Virus record (IMG/VR): IMGVR_UViG_2706794673_000013
DNA from: a virus
Lineage: Duplodnaviria > Heunggongvirae > Uroviricota > Caudoviricetes
Length of the DNA: 47,589 nt
Reading direction: 5' to 3' (one strand)
Shown: positions 1 through 9,795 of the stretch, piece after piece
Layout: the number at the start of each line of letters is the position of its first letter
Numbering within the stretch: the stretch's first letter is position 1
Position numbers and translations under genes: made by a program
Notes under the pieces: generated by a model
Seen by the model: only the letters and a program-made list of their open reading frames with translations
Told to the model about the DNA's origin: nothing
Database searches by the model: none

Positions 1-1236
1 CTACGATAACCGCGCATTCAACATGGCTACCTGTTCGTCGTTCATGTCATCAATCCACATACCGTAAATTTCATACACCATCTGCGCAGTTTCATGCCCC
101 ATCTGGCTGGCTATAAACGCCGGGTTCGCTCCTGCCGTCAACAGCCAGCAGGCAAAAGTATGCCGCGTATGGTACGGATTACGGCGGCGAATACCAGCAC
201 GTTTTACTGCTGCATTCCATCTCGCACCCAAACTGCTTACCGAGTAATAAGGTTTCTGTTTTCCGTTACACACTCTGGGCATGAAAACAAAATGCAGTTT
301 TTGCTTTTCGGTTCTGCCGTACTCCCGATGATAAAAAGTGATTTCGCTTTTGCGATGATGCCCGGTCAGTTTGTATTGCTCCTTCAGTGCTTCAAGAGCA
401 GGCTGCAGTAGTGTTACCGTCCGGATCCCCGCATTTGTTTTTGGGGGACCGAACATATCCAGTATCGTCAGGTTTCTTCTGACATTCACAACTCCCTTCT
501 CGAAATCCACATCCTCCCACGCCAGAGCAGCCAGTTCCCCGTGACGAAGCCCGGAGTATACGGCAAATTTCCACAAGTTCTGGCTCTGTCCTTTTTCACT
601 TTCCATTAATGCATTGAATTCTGTTTTAGATAACGGGTCAGGCTTTATTCTGTTTCTCTGTAATTTCTTTACTCCTTCAAATGGTTTGGTTGATATAAAT
701 CCCGACTGATACGCAAAACGTAACAACGAACAGAGCAGGGCGATATAGTTATCAACTGTGCGCACGGTTCTTCCTTTTTTGTTGGATCTTGGATTATCCA
801 GGTAAAGCGTTTCTCCATGCAGCAGTTCATTCCGGTAGTTTAAGATATCGCTATAACGAATATGCGATATCGGAGTACTCTCACAAATTATTATCCTGAG
901 TGTTTTTAATTGTGATTTCGTTTTCTTCATTGTGTTTGTTGTTAACTCTGTTTCTTTAATTTTTGTCCAGATATCACAAAGCTCCCCGAACGTTTTTATG
1001 ACCCTCGTTGTCACCATTTTTGCCCCAGTGCTGGACTGGGGAAAACGTCTTAAATACTCAAACTCACCGGAATTGATTTCATGAACTATCAACGCTCTTA
1101 AATTCCCGGCTTTTTTAATGTTACTGTTAGTAACCTCCCAGCCTTTCAATGTTTCCCGACATCGTTTTCCTCGAAACATGAACCAGATGCGAATGTATTT
1201 ACCTCGAATCTCGACACCTGTTGGTAATTTAGACAT
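1..1236 (-). CDS. intR: Phage tyrosine integrase (Rac IntR-like)
   Basis: 411-aa ORF; C-terminal catalytic signature (HTRHTFA ... YEIYG) typical of tyrosine recombinases; stop codon at window positions 1-3; sits next to an excisionase-like gene at the prophage end. Confidence 0.9.
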   Translation of the reverse strand: MSKLPTGVEIRGKYIRIWFMFRGKRCRETLKGWEVTNSNIKKAGNLRALIVHEINSGEFEYLRRFPQSSTGAKMVTTRVIKTFGELCDIWTKIKETELTTNTMKKTKSQLKTLRIIICESTPISHIRYSDILNYRNELLHGETLYLDNPRSNKKGRTVRTVDNYIALLCSLLRFAYQSGFISTKPFEGVKKLQRNRIKPDPLSKTEFNALMESEKGQSQNLWKFAVYSGLRHGELAALAWEDVDFEKGVVNVRRNLTILDMFGPPKTNAGIRTVTLLQPALEALKEQYKLTGHHRKSEITFYHREYGRTEKQKLHFVFMPRVCNGKQKPYYSVSSLGARWNAAVKRAGIRRRNPYHTRHTFACWLLTAGANPAFIASQMGHETAQMVYEIYGMWIDDMNDEQVAMLNARLS

Positions 1237-1237
1237 A

Positions 1238-1453
1238 TCATGAGTCTTTGATAAACTGATTTATCTTTGGATAGTTATACCAGATAATCCCTCGCTTACT
1301 GTCTGGCTTCCCTAAAGGAGATACTCGTTTGAAGTGGAAGCCTTCCACCCAACAGTTCTGGCGGTATGCTTCAATTTGTCTGGCCCCCAGACCAGTGCGA
1401 AGCATCAGGCCGTATTCAACCATCCACTCTTCATTAAAGATTACTTGTGCCAT
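1238..1453 (-). CDS. Excisionase-like small DNA-binding protein (Xis/YdaQ-like)
   Basis: Small ORF immediately upstream of int on the same strand (1-nt spacing); start chosen at internal Met (MAQVIF...) giving about 71 aa; position typical of xis. Confidence 0.65.
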   Translation of the reverse strand: MAQVIFNEEWMVEYGLMLRTGLGARQIEAYRQNCWVEGFHFKRVSPLGKPDSKRGIIWYNYPKINQFIKDS

Positions 1454-1552
1454 CGCATCACCTCTGGCAGGCGCCAATGTTAGACTTAAATTGACGCCCG
1501 ATGTTGATTATTAATAATCAGCTATGAAGTTTTAATTTGAATACAATGCAAT

Positions 1553-1741
1553 TCACGAGGACTGAAGTTTCTCGCAATTAAAATTTATCAGTTTTACTTT
1601 CTGCTCTCTGGAAACGCCTGCTTCTTTTTTACCTGAGAGCATTTTTTCGCATTCTGATTTCGTTAGTTTAGATTTTGAATATCTTGTCCAGTTAGTAGGA
1701 GTGCCACCTTCCTTTTCAATAGTGGCGGTAATTTTATACAT
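1553..1741 (-). CDS. Small hypothetical protein (YdaC-position)
   Basis: 62-aa ORF starting MYKITATIEKEGG; its ATG overlaps the TAA that would end full-length ralR (ATGTATAA arrangement). Confidence 0.5.
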   Translation of the reverse strand: MYKITATIEKEGGTPTNWTRYSKSKLTKSECEKMLSGKKEAGVSREQKVKLINFNCEKLQSS

Positions 1742-1928
1742 GAACACCTCCATTATTATTTCCAGTGGTTCGTTTATTTCATCGTTCGAGTGCTTCTTTT
1801 TCACTTCCACCATAACCGGTTCGGGATTCGCATCCGTTACACTTCGCTCGGTAATATCCTGAAATGGCTTTCACCGTTACTGATGGACAACCACAAAATG
1901 GACATGGTTTAACATTGTCATATCTCAT
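1734..1928 (-). pseudogene. ralR: ralR/lar-like restriction alleviation gene interrupted by an in-frame TGA (codon 50)
   Basis: Minus-strand translation MRYDNVKPCPFCGCPSVTVKAISGYYRAKCNGCESRTGYGGSEKEALER then TGA at 1779-1781, after which the same frame continues NKRTTGNNNGGVHV to TAA at 1734-1736; Cys-rich zinc-ribbon-like N-terminus. Confidence 0.5.
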
Positions 1929-1983
1929 AATTTTTCTCATAAAAATATTTCAAGTTGGCGGTGCATTACACCGCCAGGCTGAA

Positions 1984-2793
1984 TTATTCCTCTGAATTAT
2001 CGATTACACTGTATTCCCCGGTTAATACAGAGGAATCTGCAGGATCGATTGTCAGTGGTTCCTTTTCATCCATTGATACTGCACGCTGGATCTCAATTGA
2101 TACGGGCAGATATTTGAACAGGCGACGAATAGCCGTTTTCTTTGCCATTTCTTCCCAGTGAGTTACCCACGGCCCGTTATTACCAGCTTTACTCTGGCTG
2201 CGCACCAGCTCAATCTGTTTGCGCGTCATAACTTCAAACTGAGTACCTCCGTCTTTCAGTCTTGCGACAGCATAGACGTGGGTAACAGGGGCATCTTCGT
2301 TTTCTCCTGGGCGGTGTATTAACTTTTCATCAAGGCCAAATTCGAAATTAAACTCGTCACCTTCACGGACAACACGGGCTGACAGGCTGGCGATTTGACC
2401 TGAACGGCGAGCCAGATCAATCATGCCGCGATAGCCAATGATTAGCTGAACGTTTTTTTTACCGCTCTTTTCGTTTTTATTACCAAAAGGCAGTAAATAT
2501 GCATGACCGAGGGCGCTACCGGGCTCAAGTCCGAGCTGTGAACACTGTACGATTGCACTGACAAAACTCATAGTGTCACAGTTTCCTAACGCCGGAACTT
2601 TACGAATTTCTGTGGTGGCGATACGGATCATACGTTCAGCCGTCATATGGCGTGGAAGAGCTGCTGCCAGTTGCTCTTTCATTGATGGCTGGTTAATAAA
2701 ACTAATCACGTCGTTATTTTTAATTGCTGCTGGTGCACGGTTTCCCTGAGTTTTTTGCAGATCGGCTTTTGCGATTGGTGGTTGCTTAGTCAT
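1984..2793 (-). CDS. recT: RecT recombinase (single-strand annealing protein)
   Basis: 269-aa product from internal Met ([16 protein letters not shown]...); recognised RecT sequence; start overlaps recE stop. Confidence 0.9.
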   Translation of the reverse strand: MTKQPPIAKADLQKTQGNRAPAAIKNNDVISFINQPSMKEQLAAALPRHMTAERMIRIATTEIRKVPALGNCDTMSFVSAIVQCSQLGLEPGSALGHAYLLPFGNKNEKSGKKNVQLIIGYRGMIDLARRSGQIASLSARVVREGDEFNFEFGLDEKLIHRPGENEDAPVTHVYAVARLKDGGTQFEVMTRKQIELVRSQSKAGNNGPWVTHWEEMAKKTAIRRLFKYLPVSIEIQRAVSMDEKEPLTIDPADSSVLTGEYSVIDNSEE

Positions 2794-5386
2794 TTGCATA
2801 TTCCTTAGCCCAGCGGGGCAGTGATAACGTCTTAATAGCTGGCCATTCATCGGTATTGAGGCAGTCAGCCAGGGTTCGCAGATTGCGGTGATATTCCAGC
2901 TGACCTGCCAGTTTTGCTTCTTCGCCCATCATGAAAATTTCAACCGGATAACGTCCGCATTCAATAGTTGTGCTGGCAACCAGAAAAACGAAAGTTGGCT
3001 GCACTCCAAACTGTGCTTCATAACCGTCACTGTAGAATGCATCCTGAACGTGATAGCGGTAGTCGTAATAAGCGGTTTTGAATCGTTGAATATCCGCCGT
3101 AGTTTTCACGTCCATGATCCAGTGAAATTCAGGGATAATTTTGTCCGGACGGCACCGACACAAAATTGCTGTTTCAGGATCTTCCCAGTAAATTGATGAT
3201 TCAGCGTGTCCGGCGCTTTCAACAAGCCATTGCCCCAGCGGCAAAGCCATAACGCTCTGATACATGAGTTCAATTTTCCGGCCTTCTTCGGCAGTGATAA
3301 CCGTTTTTCCTGTGCTTGCGCATTCCCTCAGAAACGCTTTCTCTTCTTCTTTTCCGGAGTTTGTCCGGCGGTTAAATTCAGGTGCTACGATAAAGCGGTT
3401 ACTGAATTCTTCCGGCTCAAGTACCCGGCAGTGGAAAGCGGTTCCTAAATCGAGCGTTTTTGTCTTTGTGGTGTCCACGGGGGCATTTTTACGCCACAAA
3501 TACAGTGCCGGAGTATCAGCAATGTCATCGAGCTGAGACTTACTGACACCGGGACCCGCGTGGTAATTCTCATTCGAAATTCCGTAATAAATACCTGGCT
3601 CTATGTCTTCTACGATTACGGGATCTGCGACTTCGCCAGTTTCATCACTGCAATCGCGATGCGGATCGCTGCCAGCATTCTCATTGTGCGGATGTTCAGC
3701 GCCTTCCATTTCCTCCGGATCATTTTCCTTAGCTTCAACCTGACTCTCTTCATCGAATGTTTCCTGGTATGTTGCGTCGCCCATCACCGCACCACAGTCA
3801 GGGCAGTTATCCCCGCCAGTCTGGCCGCAGGCATTGCAGGCTATTTCCGGTTCCTGTTGCACTACTGGCTCAGGTTGATTCATATCCGGGCTGGTTTTTT
3901 CCGTTTCTGGCTGGTTCTGGTACACACAATCGCGAGTCTGGATCCCCTTTACCCATTTCGGATCGTTCGGGTCGCTAATTCCGTCAACAAATTCACCACG
4001 TGATGCAGCAAGCAATTTATCGGCATCGACAGGATTTTTTGATGGAATGTTTTTCCGGGCTTCATGGAGTTCTGCCCGCAGTTCCTGATATTTCGCATCA
4101 ACAGAATTTACCTGTGACTGAGCATCCAGCGGCTGCGTGTCCTGATGATGTTCAGTTGCGTCCGGTTCCATTGTTTCAGCCTCTCCCTGTTCAACTGCCG
4201 TTGTTCCAGATGGTTGCGGTTTTTCTTCATCATCCTGTTTTCCTTCTTCTGTTACTCGCTGCGGCATCGGGGCAGAGGAGCGACCGCAGGCAATATCCAC
4301 GATTTCCGGATCAGGGTTGGCATGATCGGTTTCAGTCAGTACTTTGTTCAGATATTCAGTGACGTGCGCGGGGATGACCTCGATCCCAATTGGTGCTTCT
4401 TTTACGGACGCAACCACGATGGCGCGGGAATAATCCAGCCCGCCAGGCATGGTGATGAATTTGTCGCGGAAAACAGAAAAGGGCGGTTTATTTTCAGCGA
4501 TAATTTCCTCAATGCGTTTAGCGTGTGCCGGATGAAGGTTATAGATGTCCAGATCCATTGAACGGGCCAGTACGCCAGTGGCTACGTCCCGCGCCAGTGA
4601 CGTCAGATCGTGTACGAAACCTTCGCCGCGATCGGTGAGGTTTCCGCCGCCAGCATTAGCACCGGAAGCCGTGCGAGTGATGTGTGAAACACGATTACCC
4701 TTCATCCACTCTTTTGTCAGCAGTCCTCGATCGGTGTAGTCAGCGTTCAGGTATGCTTCGAAAAAAGCAGTTATCAGTCCCAGGTTTGAATTACCAGGAT
4801 TAGGGAAAACTTTGTCAGTGTCACGAACCAGTTTGTGGAGTTCGCGAATTTCCAGCGGGTCGAGCAGGCTGGTTTTGTGGGAAACAGCCAGGGCAGTAAC
4901 AGCCGGTAGTTCTTCAGCCCGAGCAATGTGTAATGCCTGGAGTCCGTCGCGTGAAACGTGCGTTACCGGTTTTTCGCTGCCGTGTTGAGCAAGCCAACGA
5001 ATGGGCAGTTCCTGGCCAGAAATTGGGAGTAGCATATTCTCCTCAATCTCAGTCATGTCTTCGCCGTTGACGTTGGTATTGCCTTGATAGTGAGCGTTGT
5101 CTGGTGCTGCTCCCGGTTTTAGTTCCCATGTCATGGAGTCTTTGCTGAGTTGATAGCGTTCACTCCAGGTAAAATCGATCTCACCTTCAGCGGGCAGGTC
5201 ATTAACGACAGGAAAATTCGTGGCAACAGCTTTAAAATAGCTGCTCAGTTTTTTACCTGACTTAACGATCAGGTAGTCCAGAGTGGCACAGGTCGATTCA
5301 AAATCGTTGCTTGCCCACAGGACGACGTCAGGTTCACCGGATGATTTTTTCGCTTTCCGTAACAGGAAGAGTGGTTTTGTGCTCAT
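2786..5386 (-). CDS. recE: Exodeoxyribonuclease VIII (RecE)
   Basis: 866-aa ORF immediately upstream of recT on same strand; acidic/low-complexity middle region and C-terminal nuclease domain as in RecE. Confidence 0.9.
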   Translation of the reverse strand: MSTKPLFLLRKAKKSSGEPDVVLWASNDFESTCATLDYLIVKSGKKLSSYFKAVATNFPVVNDLPAEGEIDFTWSERYQLSKDSMTWELKPGAAPDNAHYQGNTNVNGEDMTEIEENMLLPISGQELPIRWLAQHGSEKPVTHVSRDGLQALHIARAEELPAVTALAVSHKTSLLDPLEIRELHKLVRDTDKVFPNPGNSNLGLITAFFEAYLNADYTDRGLLTKEWMKGNRVSHITRTASGANAGGGNLTDRGEGFVHDLTSLARDVATGVLARSMDLDIYNLHPAHAKRIEEIIAENKPPFSVFRDKFITMPGGLDYSRAIVVASVKEAPIGIEVIPAHVTEYLNKVLTETDHANPDPEIVDIACGRSSAPMPQRVTEEGKQDDEEKPQPSGTTAVEQGEAETMEPDATEHHQDTQPLDAQSQVNSVDAKYQELRAELHEARKNIPSKNPVDADKLLAASRGEFVDGISDPNDPKWVKGIQTRDCVYQNQPETEKTSPDMNQPEPVVQQEPEIACNACGQTGGDNCPDCGAVMGDATYQETFDEESQVEAKENDPEEMEGAEHPHNENAGSDPHRDCSDETGEVADPVIVEDIEPGIYYGISNENYHAGPGVSKSQLDDIADTPALYLWRKNAPVDTTKTKTLDLGTAFHCRVLEPEEFSNRFIVAPEFNRRTNSGKEEEKAFLRECASTGKTVITAEEGRKIELMYQSVMALPLGQWLVESAGHAESSIYWEDPETAILCRCRPDKIIPEFHWIMDVKTTADIQRFKTAYYDYRYHVQDAFYSDGYEAQFGVQPTFVFLVASTTIECGRYPVEIFMMGEEAKLAGQLEYHRNLRTLADCLNTDEWPAIKTLSLPRWAKEYAND

Positions 5387-5487
5387 TGTTTTTTAACCTC
5401 AACTCAGATTAAAATTCGTTTTGTTCAGTGAATGATCTTGCCGGATACACACTGTTCATAGCCTGCGCCATACGCAGGCTATTTCTT

Positions 5488-5763
5488 TCAGATTTCACCT
5501 TTTAATTTCATTGCAATTAGAGTTGCCAGAAATTCGGCTTTTTTTTCTGCGGGCAGATTCTTTCCGATATGCACCAGGCACATTTTTTTGACACCTTCAT
5601 CAAGTGTTTTTACGTTGCCTGATGGACCATCGATATCAACCACAGTGAATGGGGTTTCTTTATTTTCTGTTTTAATTACGTAGCCAATGCGCTTTCCTTC
5701 CAGATTCACCTCGTGAACAATGTCATCGGTAGTTACAACAGTGGCTTCATAATTGGTAATCAT
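5488..5763 (-). CDS. racC: RacC protein
   Basis: 91-aa product from internal Met (MITNYEATVVTTDDIVHEVNLEGKRIGYVIKTENK...); recognised Rac prophage RacC. Confidence 0.8.
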   Translation of the reverse strand: MITNYEATVVTTDDIVHEVNLEGKRIGYVIKTENKETPFTVVDIDGPSGNVKTLDEGVKKMCLVHIGKNLPAEKKAEFLATLIAMKLKGEI

Positions 5764-5837
5764 GTTTTTCTCCTTAATTAAGGTTGAGCGAATACCTGCC
5801 ATTTCTGGCATAAATTCAGTTTCGAATAGTCAATTAA

Positions 5838-6008
5838 TTAAAGTTCATGTGCCATCTGGTCTTTTTCGGCACAAGCTTCACTGCAATATTTTCTCGGTTC
5901 GTCTTTTGATAAAATCCCGTGCATGAAGTGAAGCATTCTTTCAATAGCTTTGCTTTCTTCAACGTCTTTTTTGCAAAGGTGGTAAGCACATTTTATTTTC
6001 TTAGTCAT
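5838..6008 (-). CDS. ydaE: Small Cys-rich protein YdaE
   Basis: 56-aa ORF below the 60-aa track cut-off, found by manual translation ([56 protein letters not shown]); start ATG overlaps kilR stop (TGATG). Confidence 0.8.
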   Translation of the reverse strand: MTKKIKCAYHLCKKDVEESKAIERMLHFMHGILSKDEPRKYCSEACAEKDQMAHEL

Positions 6009-6229
6009 CACCATGACTCCGCCTTTACAGGTAAACCATCACGACCGAGGAAGACTTTAATCATGCGGTCAGTAATGCATGTTTTTGTGGTCAGGTTACG
6101 AATATATAGTTTTCGCTTTTTAATATTGTTTGCCGAGGCAATATATGTCCGGCCTTCATGAAGAACATAATCGCCAGGAGTCACACACTGACGTGGTATT
6201 TCATCAGTTCCGAAGTGATGTGCAATCAT
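6008..6229 (-). CDS. kilR: KilR cell-division (FtsZ) inhibitor
   Basis: 73-aa product from Met5 of the ORF ([29 protein letters not shown]...); recognised KilR; a start at 6241 is also possible. Confidence 0.85.
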   Translation of the reverse strand: MIAHHFGTDEIPRQCVTPGDYVLHEGRTYIASANNIKKRKLYIRNLTTKTCITDRMIKVFLGRDGLPVKAESW

Positions 6230-6670
6230 AATTATCTCCATTTTTACAAATGAACTTTGTTGATGCGGTGCCTGGTGCCTCCAGGTGACTGCAACCAGTT
6301 AACAATTACAGTCGGCTTTCCCACCCAAACCAATAAGGACTAACATGACTTTTAACTGTGCCACGTGCGCTTAGCCGCATTCACCGCATCACAAAATTCA
6401 CTTTAAAAAGGGCGGACATCAGCCGAACTTCAAGAAAAAAACTGATGCCGCCAGGACTACACACAGCAATGTCGTTATTTACAACCGGAGGCGCACTCCC
6501 ACCATTTAAATTTAACAGACAAGACCGACTCTTTATGGATATCGGAAATGCGCCTTCGTGTTGTGCCCGGTTTTATTTCACCACCTCCGGGCTTCGGTGG
6601 TCTCGGCTATACCCCTACAGCGAGAGCTTGTGTTAACATTTCAATACCCTTACAGTTGAGAGTTATTGAT

Positions 6671-7159
6671 ATGTTGGATGTATTTACTCCATTGTTGAAA
6701 CTTTTTGCTAACGAGCCACTCGAAATACTTATGTATACGATTATCATTTTTGGTCTCACTCTCTGGCTGATACCGAAAGAGTTTACTGTCGCATTCAATG
6801 CTTATACTGAAATACCTTGGCTCTTTCAGATTATCGTTTTTGCCTTTTCTTTCGTGGTCGCCATTTCCTTCTCAAGATTGCGAGCACATATTCAAAAGCA
6901 TTATTCATTACTACCAGAGCAACGAGTATTGCTTCGTTTATCTGAGAAAGAAATCGCTGTATTTAAAGATTTCCTTAAAACAGGAAATCTTATTATCACT
7001 TCTCCTTGCCGTAACCCGGTTATGAAAAAATTAGAACGGAAGGGCATCATTCAACATCAGAGTGATAGCGCAAACTGTTCTTATTATCTCGTCACCGAAA
7101 AATACTCCCATTTTATGAAGTTATTCTGGAACAGCAGGAGTAGACGTTTTAATCGTTAG
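6671..7159 (+). CDS. sieB: Superinfection exclusion protein SieB
   Basis: 162-aa product from internal Met (MLDVFTPLLKLFANEPLEILMYTIIIFGLTLWLIP...), hydrophobic N-terminal segment; recognised SieB. Confidence 0.85.
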   Translation: MLDVFTPLLKLFANEPLEILMYTIIIFGLTLWLIPKEFTVAFNAYTEIPWLFQIIVFAFSFVVAISFSRLRAHIQKHYSLLPEQRVLLRLSEKEIAVFKDFLKTGNLIITSPCRNPVMKKLERKGIIQHQSDSANCSYYLVTEKYSHFMKLFWNSRSRRFNR

Positions 7160-7311
7160 CTTACTGTGTGCTTCTCCAACCATCGGCGCGCACCAGTTTC
7201 GGTTTTAAATGTTTTGCTTTTGGTATACGTCATGGCAGTGAACGTTCCATCCTGGTTGGGGAACACGCCGCACACCAGGGATTCGTTGTTGCCGAGGTCG
7301 ATTTTTTGCAT
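7156..7311 (-). CDS. ydaG: Small protein YdaG
   Basis: 51-aa ORF below track cut-off, found by manual reverse translation (MQKIDLGNNESLVCGVFPNQDGTFTAMTYTKSKTFKTETGARRWLEKHTVS). Confidence 0.75.
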   Translation of the reverse strand: MQKIDLGNNESLVCGVFPNQDGTFTAMTYTKSKTFKTETGARRWLEKHTVS

Positions 7312-7321
7312 TTTGCGAATC

Positions 7322-7456
7322 TCACATCTTGTTGCTGTGTATAGCGACTTCTGCCTGCCAGAGATCCCAGTCGTTGCTGCGTAAAGCCTGCACAGCCTGG
7401 TTGTAAGTGATACCGCAACAATCCATCAAATACTGAACTACTTCGTAATGCACCAT
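7322..7456 (-). CDS. ydaF: Small protein YdaF
   Basis: 44-aa product (MVHYEVVQYLMDCCGITYNQAVQALRSNDWDLWQAEVAIHSNKM) with strong SD AAGGGGAG upstream; first gene of the leftward early operon. Confidence 0.75.
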   Translation of the reverse strand: MVHYEVVQYLMDCCGITYNQAVQALRSNDWDLWQAEVAIHSNKM

Positions 7457-7599
7457 CTTATCTCTCCCCTTAACGCCGGGTGGCGGAACTGAAACCTGCT
7501 GCACTGCAAAATCTGAACCCTGCCGTCATGTTCATACGCCTCGGGCTGGCTACTTAACCCCTGACCACTGCCTGGTAACTCGAAGTATTGCCCTGCGTT

Positions 7600-7690
7600 C
7601 TGTGGGGCGGGGTGGGTTGGTAGGTATATAATGTACTTTGTGTTCATTGATGTAAAGTACTATAAGTACATTTTGTGTGTAAAAAAATGA
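7600..7690 (-). promoter_or_regulatory. Leftward early promoter/operator region (OL-like) with ATGTACT-type repeats
   Basis: Between repressor stop and ydaF start; minus strand shows TTTACA ... ATTATA promoter-like hexamers; motif AATGTACTT and its reverse complement occur (7629-7638, 7664-7675). Confidence 0.4.
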
Positions 7691-7746
7691 GATGGGATAA
7701 AGTGAAGCACAAACCCGGAGGGGGACGCTACCGGATTTATGCTGGT

Positions 7747-8184
7747 TTAAGAGGCTTTTTGTTTTTTCTTTCGTGCTAGCTCTTCGTAAATTGCATTGTA
7801 CTTCTGTTTTTTCTCCTCAAGAGTTTTTAAAAGTTCATCTGTCTCACTGTCAGGGAGCTCGTCCAGAAGGTCAATGATGATTTTTTGTCTTGGATTTAAC
7901 TCCTGATAGAAACGTACCTGTCCACTTTCTTCTGTATCCTCTCCCAAAAGATAGGTTGGTGTTGTTCCAATGAGTGTTGCTAATTCCCTTAATTTCTCTC
8001 GGCGAGGAATTGTTTCGCCATTAAACCATTTGCTAACCGCTTTTGGTGTTAATTTCATTCGACGGGCAATTTCTGCCTGCCTTCCATGTTGTTCATAACC
8101 AGCGTTTTCACAGGCTAGCGCAAGCCTACTGGCGAACTCTTTACGCGCTTTATCTTCATGAACCATAAGTTCAATGATATTCAC
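7747..8184 (-). CDS. XRE-family HTH prophage repressor (RacR-position)
   Basis: 145-aa ORF with an HTH-like segment (...QAEIARRMKLTPKAVSKWFNGETIPRREKL...) and a charged C-terminal tail; divergently transcribed from a Cro-like gene; start could be 8184 or 8163. Confidence 0.7.
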   Translation of the reverse strand: MNIIELMVHEDKARKEFASRLALACENAGYEQHGRQAEIARRMKLTPKAVSKWFNGETIPRREKLRELATLIGTTPTYLLGEDTEESGQVRFYQELNPRQKIIIDLLDELPDSETDELLKTLEEKKQKYNAIYEELARKKKQKAS

Positions 8185-8245
8185 TCTTGAATGTACTGTC
8201 AGTTCTGTTATAGCATGTACTCAAAGTTCACATTGTGAGGGTGAT
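8164..8245. promoter_or_regulatory. Divergent immunity promoter/operator region (OR-like)
   Basis: 82-nt intergenic region between divergent repressor and cro-like genes; TTGAAT (-35-like) and TATAGC (-10-like) on plus strand; ATGTACT motif at about 8191-8197 and 8213-8219. Confidence 0.45.
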
Positions 8246-8500
8246 ATGAACCAGAAAACACTTGAAGATGTAATCAAAACTGTTCGCGTTTCTGTTGTGG
8301 CCGACGTTTGTGGTGTCAGCCAAAGAGCAATCTACAAATGGATGGATAACGGAAAATTGCCTCGCACAGAATATACCGGCGAAACAAATTACGCTGAAAA
8401 AATCGCTCATGCATCAAACGGATTATTTTCTGCTGATGTAATTTTAACTATTGGCAGAAATAAAACTACTACGAAAAAGCTGATGGGAGTTGATTCATGA
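8246..8500 (+). CDS. Cro/YdaS-like small HTH regulator
   Basis: 84-aa product from ATG 8246 preceded by GAGGG; HTH-like segment (VCGVSQRAIYKWMDNGKLP); stop overlaps ydaT start. Confidence 0.6.
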   Translation: MNQKTLEDVIKTVRVSVVADVCGVSQRAIYKWMDNGKLPRTEYTGETNYAEKIAHASNGLFSADVILTIGRNKTTTKKLMGVDS

Positions 8501-8919
8501 AAATCAAGCATGAGCACATCGAGTCAGTGTTGTTAGCCCTGGCAGCCGAAAAAGGGCAGGCATGGGTAGCCAATGCCATTACTGAAGAATATCTGCGCCA
8601 GGGGGGCGGCGAATTGCCCCTGGTACCAGGCAAGGACTGGAATAATCAGCAGAATATCTATCACCGTTGGTTGAAAGGTGAAACGAAAACGCAAAGAGAA
8701 AAAATTCAGAAGCTGATCCCAGCAATTCTGGCAATCCTTCCGCGCGAGCTGCGTCACCGACTCTGCATCTTCGATACCCTGGAACGCCGTGCATTACTGG
8801 CGGCGCAGGAAGCGTTAAGTACGGCAATTGATGCGCATGATGATGCAGTCCAAGCCGTTTACCGGAAAGCGCATTTCAGCGGCGGCGGGTCTTCCGACGA
8901 TTCTGTCATTGTTCATTAA
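8497..8919 (+). CDS. ydaT: YdaT (toxic partner of the racR-ydaS-ydaT module)
   Basis: 140-aa ORF (MKIKHEHIESVLLALAAEKGQAWVANAITEEYLRQGGGELP...); recognised Rac YdaT. Confidence 0.85.
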   Translation: MKIKHEHIESVLLALAAEKGQAWVANAITEEYLRQGGGELPLVPGKDWNNQQNIYHRWLKGETKTQREKIQKLIPAILAILPRELRHRLCIFDTLERRALLAAQEALSTAIDAHDDAVQAVYRKAHFSGGGSSDDSVIVH

Positions 8920-8931
8920 GCAAAAGTTTCC

Positions 8932-9789
8932 ATGCTGTTTGTGCTTATTCTAAGCCACCGGGCAGCATCATACGGGGCAATTATGGCCGCATTACCATAC
9001 ATGCAACTGTACATAGCTGATTACCTGGCTGACACCATGCATTTGTCAGCAGAGGAGCATGGTGCGTATTTGTTGCTGATGTTCAATTACTGGCAAACAG
9101 GAAAGCCAATACCTAAAAACAGGCTGGCAAAAATTGCCCGTCTGACTAACGAGCGATGGGCTGATGTTGAACCATCCTTGCAGGAGTTTTTTTGCGATAA
9201 CGGCGAGGAATGGGTGCATCTTCGGATTGAGGAAGATCTGGCATCAGTCAGGGAAAAATTAACCAAAAAATCAGCCGCAGGAAAAGCATCTGTTCAGGCC
9301 AGAAGAAGCAGAAAGGAAGCAGATGTTCAAACAAAACAAGAGAGAAATTTAACAGGTGTTCAAACAGATGTTGAAGTGGTGTTTGAACATGATGTCAACA
9401 CAAAGGCAACTAATAAAGATACAGATAAAGATCTAAAAACAGATCCCCCCCTAAATCCCCCCCGGGGGAATCGAGGTGTCAAAAAGTTTGACCCTCTGGA
9501 TATTGCTTTGCCGAACTGGATTTCTGTCTCGCTTTGGCGTGAGTGGGTTGAATTTCGCCAGGCATTGCGAAAACCGATTCGAACGGAGCAGGGCGCTAAC
9601 GGGGCGATACGGGAGCTGGAAAAATTCCGCCAGCAGGGTTTTTCACCTGAGCAGGTGATTCGACACAGCATCGCCAATGAATACCAGGGCTTGTTCGCGC
9701 CGAAAGGTGTTCGACCTGAGACGTTACTCCGACAGGTTAACACCGTCTCGTTACCGGATAGTGCGATCCCGCCAGGCTTCAGGGGGTAA
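8932..9789 (+). CDS. ydaU: YdaU (DUF1376, replication-associated)
   Basis: 285-aa ORF (MLFVLILSHRAASYGAIMAALPYMQLYIADYLADTMHLSAEEHGAYLLLMFNYWQ...); recognised Rac YdaU. Confidence 0.85.
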   Translation: MLFVLILSHRAASYGAIMAALPYMQLYIADYLADTMHLSAEEHGAYLLLMFNYWQTGKPIPKNRLAKIARLTNERWADVEPSLQEFFCDNGEEWVHLRIEEDLASVREKLTKKSAAGKASVQARRSRKEADVQTKQERNLTGVQTDVEVVFEHDVNTKATNKDTDKDLKTDPPLNPPRGNRGVKKFDPLDIALPNWISVSLWREWVEFRQALRKPIRTEQGANGAIRELEKFRQQGFSPEQVIRHSIANEYQGLFAPKGVRPETLLRQVNTVSLPDSAIPPGFRG

Positions 9790-9795
9790 CTGACC

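Noticed and set aside
1-1236. attL core next to the integrase
   Set aside because: The integrase stop is at positions 1-3, so the attachment site must lie beyond the window edge and cannot be identified here.
2888-4739. Several plus-strand ORFs of 60–150 codons (e.g. 3560-4003, 4145-4561) inside the recE region
   Set aside because: They lie antisense to the 866-codon recE ORF, have no convincing RBS and are low-complexity; antisense artefacts.
6358-6636. 92-codon ORF in the kilR–sieB intergenic region
   Set aside because: No RBS and odd composition; it ends before the supported sieB start at 6671. More likely regulatory sequence for sieB or the leftward operon than a gene.
7230-7421. 63-codon minus-strand ORF spanning ydaG/ydaF
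   Set aside because: Out of frame with the recognised small genes ydaG (7156-7311) and ydaF (7322-7456), which explain the coding potential.
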